DNA of 64,000 bases, taken from assembly GCA_938084575.1 (NCBI GenBank), contig CALKFG010000006.1, forward strand, positions 225,579 through 289,578. Reading direction: 5' to 3'. Below the pieces are notes generated by a model. That model did not search any database and was not told the origin of the DNA. It saw only the letters and a list, made by a program, of their open reading frames with translations. Positions 58,396 through 64,000 of the stretch are shown here, piece after piece. How positions within the stretch are numbered: position 1 is the stretch's first letter; each line of letters starts with the position of its first letter. A program made the position numbers and the translations under genes. This DNA is from an uncultured Hyphomonadaceae bacterium. GTDB taxonomy: Bacteria; Pseudomonadota; Alphaproteobacteria; Caulobacterales; Hyphomonadaceae.

Positions 58396-59772
58396 ATGTT
58401 GACACCACGATGGATTCGCAGGGGCCTGGCGGCCCTTGGCATGACCGGTCTCGCCGCCCTGGCGACCGCCGACACCGACCCCACGGCATGGGCTCCGAGC
58501 CAGTTCACCCTGGACAATGGCATGGCGGTTCTGGTCCTGCCGGACCACCGTGCGCCGGTGGTCACGCACATGGTCTGGTACAGGGTCGGGGCGATGGATG
58601 AAGCGCCCGGAAAGTCCGGCATCGCGCACCTGTTCGAACATGTCATGTTCAAGCAGACCGATGACATCGCGGATGGCGAGTTTGATCGTATCGTGACCCG
58701 CAGCGGCGGCCGCTCGAATGCCGGCACCAGCTGGGATTATACCGTCTATTATGAGCAGGTGGCCAAGCAGCACCTGGCGACCATGATGGCGCTGGAGGCC
58801 GAGCGCATGACCGACCTGATTATCGATGAGGATCCCGAGGGCAGCTTCATCACCGAGCGCGACGTGGTCAAGGAAGAGCGCCGCCAGACCTATGAAAGCA
58901 GTCCCAGCCGGATGCTGCAGGAAAAGGTTTTCGCCGAGTTTTTCAGGGGTCACCCCTATGAGATTTCGATCATTGGCCGCATGGAGGAGGTCGGCGCCCT
59001 GACCCCGCAGGACGGCCAGGCCTTCTACGACACCTTCTACTCGCCCGAAAATGCGATCCTGGTCGTCGCCGGGGACGTCACCCCCGATGAGGTGCGTCGC
59101 CTGGCAGAAGAGCATTATGGACCGAAACAGCCCTCCGGCCTGGTCAGTGATCGCCGCAACTGGCAGGCGCTGGCGCCGCTGGACCGCACCGTCGCGGTGA
59201 TCCACACCGATCCGAAAGTGCGCCAGCCCGTCTGGTCGCGCTATTATGACGGCACCTCGCTTTTGCTCGACCGCGACAGAGCCCTGGCGCTGGAGGTGGG
59301 TCTGCAGGTGCTTGGCGGCGGCAGCACCAGCCTGCTGTATCAGCGGCTGGTCGAGGAGCAGAAGCTCGCCATCTCGGTCGGCAGCGCGGTGTACAGTTTT
59401 CTGCGCGATGGCGGGCCAGCGCTGATTTATGCCAGTCCGTCTCCCGGCGTCTCCCTCGAGACGCTTGAGACTGCGGTCATGCAGGAGATTGCGGCGCTGC
59501 TTGAGGCAGGGTTTGACCCGGCCGATGTGCAGCGCGTGCGGAACACGCTGGCCGCTGATGCGATCTATCAGCGTGACAGTCAGATGAGCATGGCCCGGTC
59601 ATTTGGTGCATGGGTCACCATTGGTGGCGATGTTCAGGATTTGCTGGATTATCCCAATGATGTGCGGGCGGTGACGACCGAGCAGGCGCTGGCCGCCGTT
59701 CGACAGGTGTTTCGTCCCGACGCGCATCATATTGAAGCGCGGCTGCTGCCCGACATGGAGGACGCGGAATGA
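58396..59772 (+). CDS. M16-family zinc metallopeptidase (active-type subunit)
   Basis: 458 aa with a signal peptide. Inverted zinc motif HLFEHVMF present. Confidence 0.88.
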   Translation: MLTPRWIRRGLAALGMTGLAALATADTDPTAWAPSQFTLDNGMAVLVLPDHRAPVVTHMVWYRVGAMDEAPGKSGIAHLFEHVMFKQTDDIADGEFDRIVTRSGGRSNAGTSWDYTVYYEQVAKQHLATMMALEAERMTDLIIDEDPEGSFITERDVVKEERRQTYESSPSRMLQEKVFAEFFRGHPYEISIIGRMEEVGALTPQDGQAFYDTFYSPENAILVVAGDVTPDEVRRLAEEHYGPKQPSGLVSDRRNWQALAPLDRTVAVIHTDPKVRQPVWSRYYDGTSLLLDRDRALALEVGLQVLGGGSTSLLYQRLVEEQKLAISVGSAVYSFLRDGGPALIYASPSPGVSLETLETAVMQEIAALLEAGFDPADVQRVRNTLAADAIYQRDSQMSMARSFGAWVTIGGDVQDLLDYPNDVRAVTTEQALAAVRQVFRPDAHHIEARLLPDMEDAE

Positions 59773-61136
59773 GGCGCACCCTGAAAACCCTGATCGTGGC
59801 GATGATGCTGGCCGGCTGTGCACCGACCGGGCCGGAGGCCCCGCGCGCCGGGTCAGATCCATTTGAGGTTGCCGTTTACGATGGCGCTTTTGCGACCATC
59901 CAGCAATTCACCACGCCCGGCGGCGTGTCGGTCTGGCTGGTTGAAGAGCCGTCGATCCCGATCCTGTCCCTGCGCATGGCCTGGAAGACGGGCACGACCT
60001 CTGACCCGATCGGGCAGGACGGCCTGACCGATGCGGTCACCTATATGATGAATGAAGGGGCAGGAGACTATGATACGCAGGCCTTCCAGACCCGTATGGA
60101 AGAACTGAATATGAGTTTCGGGTGCAGCGCCGCCCGTGTCTCCACCGCCTGCAGCGCGTCCATGCTGACAGATAATCTGGAGAACAGTTTTGAGCTGATC
60201 GGTCTGGCTTATGCCAGCCCCCGTTTCGACCCCGATCCGTTCGGGCGTCTTGTCCGGGAACGTGCGGTCGGCCTCGAGACGCGTCAGACCAATGCCGGCT
60301 ATCTCGCCAGCCGCGCGCTGGTCGAGGCGCTTTATCCCGACCATCCCTTCGCACGACAGATCAGCGAAGACAGTCTGGCCGCTCTGACGCCGGAAGCGGC
60401 GAAGGCCCATAAGGACCGCCTGATGAGCCGGGACGGCCTGCTGGTCACCGCGGTCGGTGCAGTCTCCCCACAGCAGCTTGCGCCGCTGATCGATGCGATG
60501 ATTGCGGGACTGCCGGAAACCACAGAGCGCGCTGCGCCAAGGCCTGTGGACATGGCTTCAGCGGCGCCCGCCCCTATCCTCGTCGACCTGCCGCAGCCCC
60601 AGAGCCTGGTGCAGTTTATCGGTCCCGGCGTGACGCGCGAGCATGCGGATTTTTACCCCCTGGCGGTCATGAATTATATTTTTGGCGGCGGTGGATTTGG
60701 CACCCGGTTGATGGACGAACTGCGCGTGGCCCGGGGGCTGACCTATGGGATCTATACGCAAGTTGATCCGGATGCCTATTTGCCGGTTCTGGCCGGTGGC
60801 GGAACCACCAAGAATGAGAGCGCTGCCGAATTTGTCGACGCCATTGCGGACGAAATGACCACCATGGCGGAAACCGGTGCGACCGCGCAGGAGCTGGAAG
60901 ATGCCTTGCTCTACCTGATTGGGTCTTATCCGCTCAGTTTTGATTCCAATGCCAAGATCGCGGCAAATATGATGTCGCTGCGGCTGGACGATCTGCCGGT
61001 TGACCAGTTTGACCGGCGCAATGAGCGTATTTCCAGCGTCACCCTTGAAGATGTGAACCGCGTGGCGGCGACCTATCTGGACCCGGCGCGCTATACTTTC
61101 GTTGTCGTCGGGGAGCCGGAGGGTTTTACCGACTAG
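59769..61136 (+). CDS. M16-family peptidase homologue lacking the HxxEH zinc motif (non-catalytic-type subunit)
   Basis: 455 aa. Lipobox-like MLAGC. The equivalent region reads DAVTYMMNEGAG. ATGA start/stop overlap with the upstream M16 gene. Confidence 0.85.
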   Translation: MRRTLKTLIVAMMLAGCAPTGPEAPRAGSDPFEVAVYDGAFATIQQFTTPGGVSVWLVEEPSIPILSLRMAWKTGTTSDPIGQDGLTDAVTYMMNEGAGDYDTQAFQTRMEELNMSFGCSAARVSTACSASMLTDNLENSFELIGLAYASPRFDPDPFGRLVRERAVGLETRQTNAGYLASRALVEALYPDHPFARQISEDSLAALTPEAAKAHKDRLMSRDGLLVTAVGAVSPQQLAPLIDAMIAGLPETTERAAPRPVDMASAAPAPILVDLPQPQSLVQFIGPGVTREHADFYPLAVMNYIFGGGGFGTRLMDELRVARGLTYGIYTQVDPDAYLPVLAGGGTTKNESAAEFVDAIADEMTTMAETGATAQELEDALLYLIGSYPLSFDSNAKIAANMMSLRLDDLPVDQFDRRNERISSVTLEDVNRVAATYLDPARYTFVVVGEPEGFTD

Positions 61137-61692
61137 ACGGTTGCCCAGCCTGGGGGGTGACGCCCTGTCCGGACGGTAACAGAGACCTGACATAATAGGC
61201 CACCTGCTTGCCCCCGGGGTCAAATGTCTGGTCTCCGACGCGGGTAAAGCCCAGCTGGCTGTGGAACCGGTGGGATGCCGGATTGTCGGGGACAAGGTTG
61301 ACCTCGCACCCGATGGCCTCCCGGCCCCGACAGGTCGAAAAGGCGGCATGATACAGGTCGGTGCCCAGGCCCGTGCGTCGCTGAGACGGGGCGATGGCGA
61401 TGCGGTCGACATAGACCAGATCAAGGCCGCGCCGGTCTGACCAGTCTTCGAACCAGCGCAGATTTGGGCTGTGATACCGGGGGTCGCCGGGCTCGATCAG
61501 CGTGATAAATCCGGCCAGACTGCCCGCCGCGGTCTCAGCAACCAGGGCGGTGCTGATCGCCAGAATCGTGGCCAGGGCCTCTGGCGTCTCGGCGCTGACC
61601 CCCGGCGTGCCGGCCACATTCATCGCGTGAATGGCGGCAAGATCTGATGGCGTGCAGGGCCGGATGGCGCATTTGGAACGGCTGGTTGCCAT
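61126..61692 (-). CDS. GNAT-family N-acetyltransferase
   Basis: 188 aa. Acetyl-CoA-binding-type segment IAIAPSQRRTGLGTDLY. Confidence 0.8.
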   Translation of the reverse strand: MATSRSKCAIRPCTPSDLAAIHAMNVAGTPGVSAETPEALATILAISTALVAETAAGSLAGFITLIEPGDPRYHSPNLRWFEDWSDRRGLDLVYVDRIAIAPSQRRTGLGTDLYHAAFSTCRGREAIGCEVNLVPDNPASHRFHSQLGFTRVGDQTFDPGGKQVAYYVRSLLPSGQGVTPQAGQPSSR

Positions 61693-61862
61693 AGCAGGCT
61701 CCGCATCTGACAGGCTCGGTACCGGGGGCGTGACGTACTGGGCTGGTCCTTGTCAAGTCCGGTCGCCGGCTTGACCCCAAGTCAGAGCATCGAACAGGGG
61801 GTGTATTCTACTGGATTGGTGCTAGACCTGACCCAAGACTCAACGAGCTGGAGGACATTTAT

Positions 61863-62783
61863 ATGAGCGACACCAATTATGTGCCACCGCGTGTCTGGAC
61901 CTGGGACAAGGAGAGCGGCGGCCGGTTCGCCAAGATCAACCGACCGATTGCCGGACCAACCCATGACAAGGTCCTGCCGCGTGGGCGCCATCCCTTCCAG
62001 CTGTACTCCCTTGGCACCCCGAATGGCGTCAAGGTCACCGTGATGCTGGAAGAACTTCTGGCTGCGGGCCACAAGGGGGCTGAATATGACGCCTGGCTGA
62101 TAAATATCGGTGCGGGTGAACAATTCGGCTCAGACTATGTCGCGCTGAACCCGAATTCCAAAATCCCGACCATGGAGGACAGATCGGGTCCGGCACCGGT
62201 GCGCCTGTTTGAGTCGGGCTCGATCCTGGTCCATCTGGCCGAGATGTTTGAGGCGTTTCTGCCGCCGTCGGGCCCCGAGCGGACCGAAACCCTGAACTGG
62301 CTGTTCTGGCAAATGGGATCAGCGCCGTATCTCGGCGGGGGCTTCGGGCATTTTTACGCCTATGCGCCGGTAAAGATTGAATATGCGATCGACCGATTTG
62401 CCATGGAGGCCAAGCGTCAGCTTGACGTGCTCGACCGCAATCTGGCCGACCGGGAATATATGATCGGGGATCACTATACGATTGCCGACATGGCCATCTG
62501 GCCGTGGTACGGGGCGTTGGCCAAGGGCCTGCTTTATGAGTCGGCGGAGTTTCTGCAGGTCCATGAGTACACGCATGTCAATCGCTGGGCAGACCAGCTT
62601 CTGGAGCGCCCGGCCGTGCGTCGCGGGCGCATGGTCAACCGGCCCTATGGTGAGCCGGCCAGCCAGTTGCTCGAGCGCCATGAGGCCAGCGATTTCGACA
62701 CGCTGACTCAGGATAAGATACCGGAAGATGAGCGTGGCAAGGTCGATCCCCATCGTCGCGGACTGGATCTGCCTGAGGCCTGA
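61863..62783 (+). CDS. yghU: Nu-class glutathione S-transferase / GSH-dependent disulfide-bond oxidoreductase (YghU-like)
   Basis: 306 aa, colinear with E. coli YghU as recalled (VWTWDKESGG, FQLYSLGTPNG, GGGFGHFYAYAP, TIADMAIWPWYG). Confidence 0.9.
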   Translation: MSDTNYVPPRVWTWDKESGGRFAKINRPIAGPTHDKVLPRGRHPFQLYSLGTPNGVKVTVMLEELLAAGHKGAEYDAWLINIGAGEQFGSDYVALNPNSKIPTMEDRSGPAPVRLFESGSILVHLAEMFEAFLPPSGPERTETLNWLFWQMGSAPYLGGGFGHFYAYAPVKIEYAIDRFAMEAKRQLDVLDRNLADREYMIGDHYTIADMAIWPWYGALAKGLLYESAEFLQVHEYTHVNRWADQLLERPAVRRGRMVNRPYGEPASQLLERHEASDFDTLTQDKIPEDERGKVDPHRRGLDLPEA

Positions 62784-62831
62784 TGTCCCACGGGCCGGCC
62801 TGAAGCTGACCTGAAGCCGGCCTGTGTGTCG

Positions 62832-62859
62832 CTAAAAAAGGGCGGCCCGCAGGCCGCCC
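62832..62859 (-). terminator. Rho-independent terminator of the acyl-CoA synthetase gene
   Basis: Stem GGGCGGCC / GGCCGCCC with a 4-nt loop, followed on the minus strand by CTTTTTT. Confidence 0.7.
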
Positions 62860-62881
62860 TGTCGTATCAGCCGCGCCCGCG

Positions 62882-64000
62882 TCAGGCGGTTGGCAGCTTG
62901 TAATCCTTGAACTGGGCCCGCAAGGCCAGCTTGTTGATCTTGCCGGTTGCCCCAAGTGGGATTTCGTCGACAAAGGCAACATCGTCGGGCGTCCACCATT
63001 TGGCGATCTTTCCCTCGAGCTGGGCCAGGATGTCTTGCTTGGATGGTGTCTGGCCCTCTGCAGGCTGAATGATCAGCAGCGGGCGTTCGTCCCATTTCGG
63101 ATGATAGATGCCAATGGCTGCGGCATTGGCCACCTGGGGATGTCCGACCGCAATGTTCTCAATGTCGATGGAGCTGATCCATTCTCCGCCGGACTTGATG
63201 ACGTCTTTCGCCCGGTCGGTAATCTGCATGGTGCTGTAGCCGTCAATATTGGCCACATCACCTGTGTCAAAAAATCCATGTTCGTCAAGGACATCGCCGC
63301 CATCTCCCTTGAAATAGCCGGCGGCGATATAGGCGCCGCGGACCATCAGCCGCCCGGAGACAGAGCCGTCGCGGGGAAGCTCATGGCCTTCATCATCGAC
63401 AATTTTCAGCTCAACGCCGAAGGGCGGACGTCCCTGCTTCAATTTCTGCGTCATCTGGGTGTCAATGTCGGCGTCTTTGAGGTGCGGCGGCAGGGTTCCG
63501 AGCGTGCCAAGTGGTGAGGTCTCGGTCATGCCCCAGGCGTGAATGACCTCGACGCCATAATCCTGTTCGAAGGCCCGCAGAATATTTTCCGGAATGGCCG
63601 AGCCGCCGATGATCACTTTTTTCAGATAGGGCAGCTTGAGATCGTTTTCCCGCAAATAGCTCAGCAGCATCAACCAGACCGTGGGCACTGCAGCGGTAAT
63701 GGTGACTTTCTCGCTGTCGAGAAGTTCGTATATCGATGCGCCGTCCATCTGGGCACCAGGCATGATCATATTGGCACCGGTCGCGGGGCAGGACAGGGCA
63801 AGGCCCCAGGCATTGGCATGGAACATCGGGACGACGGGCAGGACAACATCATCGGCGCCCATGCCCATGGCATCCTTGCTCATCGTTACCAGCGTGTGCA
63901 GCATATTGGAGCGGTGCGAATACAGCACCCCCTTGGGATTGCCGGTCGTGCCTGACGTGTAGCACAGGCCACAGGCGGTTTCTTCGGGGAATCCGCCCCA
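62882..64000 (-). CDS. AMP-dependent acyl-CoA synthetase (fatty-acid-CoA ligase), 3' portion; the gene runs off the window
   Basis: The frame stays open to nt 64000 and encodes the AMP-binding signature [12 protein letters not shown] upstream of the track's first Met. GEWISS and C-terminal GKINK. Confidence 0.88.
   Translation of the reverse strand, partial: WGGFPEETACGLCYTSGTTGNPKGVLYSHRSNMLHTLVTMSKDAMGMGADDVVLPVVPMFHANAWGLALSCPATGANMIMPGAQMDGASIYELLDSEKVTITAAVPTVWLMLLSYLRENDLKLPYLKKVIIGGSAIPENILRAFEQDYGVEVIHAWGMTETSPLGTLGTLPPHLKDADIDTQMTQKLKQGRPPFGVELKIVDDEGHELPRDGSVSGRLMVRGAYIAAGYFKGDGGDVLDEHGFFDTGDVANIDGYSTMQITDRAKDVIKSGGEWISSIDIENIAVGHPQVANAAAIGIYHPKWDERPLLIIQPAEGQTPSKQDILAQLEGKIAKWWTPDDVAFVDEIPLGATGKINKLALRAQFKDYKLPTA

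Overview
This is a chromosomal segment of about 55-65% GC whose gene content and synteny look alphaproteobacterial. That placement is an inference from rpmH-rnpA-yidC-engB, hpf-ptsN, sucCDAB, mreBCD-mrdA-rodA, ribF-ileS-lspA followed by a DUF3035 lipoprotein and two M16 peptidases, and DUF1036. I call about 60 protein-coding genes, nearly all housekeeping: CoA, ubiquinone, TCA cycle, cell-shape machinery, translation and envelope biogenesis. I saw no rRNA, tRNA, CRISPR array, transposase, integrase or prophage genes. I cannot point to a convincing multi-gene novel system. The signals I find most worth following up are: (1) a compositional discontinuity in which the central ~30 kb (about 12-42.7 kb) has much lower third-codon-position GC than both flanks, with a sharp breakpoint inside the PBP2 gene mrdA at about nt 42,720, meaning either a mosaic or recombined gene or an assembly chimera; (2) an unusually long 498-bp G-rich, structure-dense spacer with a G-quadruplex motif cluster, a 22-bp tandem repeat and stacked hairpins, lying between a solitary GmrSD-like DUF262/DUF1524 nuclease gene and a short CoaA-like kinase gene; (3) a tightly packed DUF547 - TVP38/DedA - atypical flavoprotein disulfide reductase module; (4) a Pif1-family helicase co-oriented with a tiny CxxxC membrane protein; (5) several motif-level oddities: a degenerate EAL domain, SucB with two lipoyl domains, IleS with HLGT in place of HIGH, and a paired active/inactive M16 peptidase. 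All counts quoted are my own hand counts from the given sequence. No database search was run.
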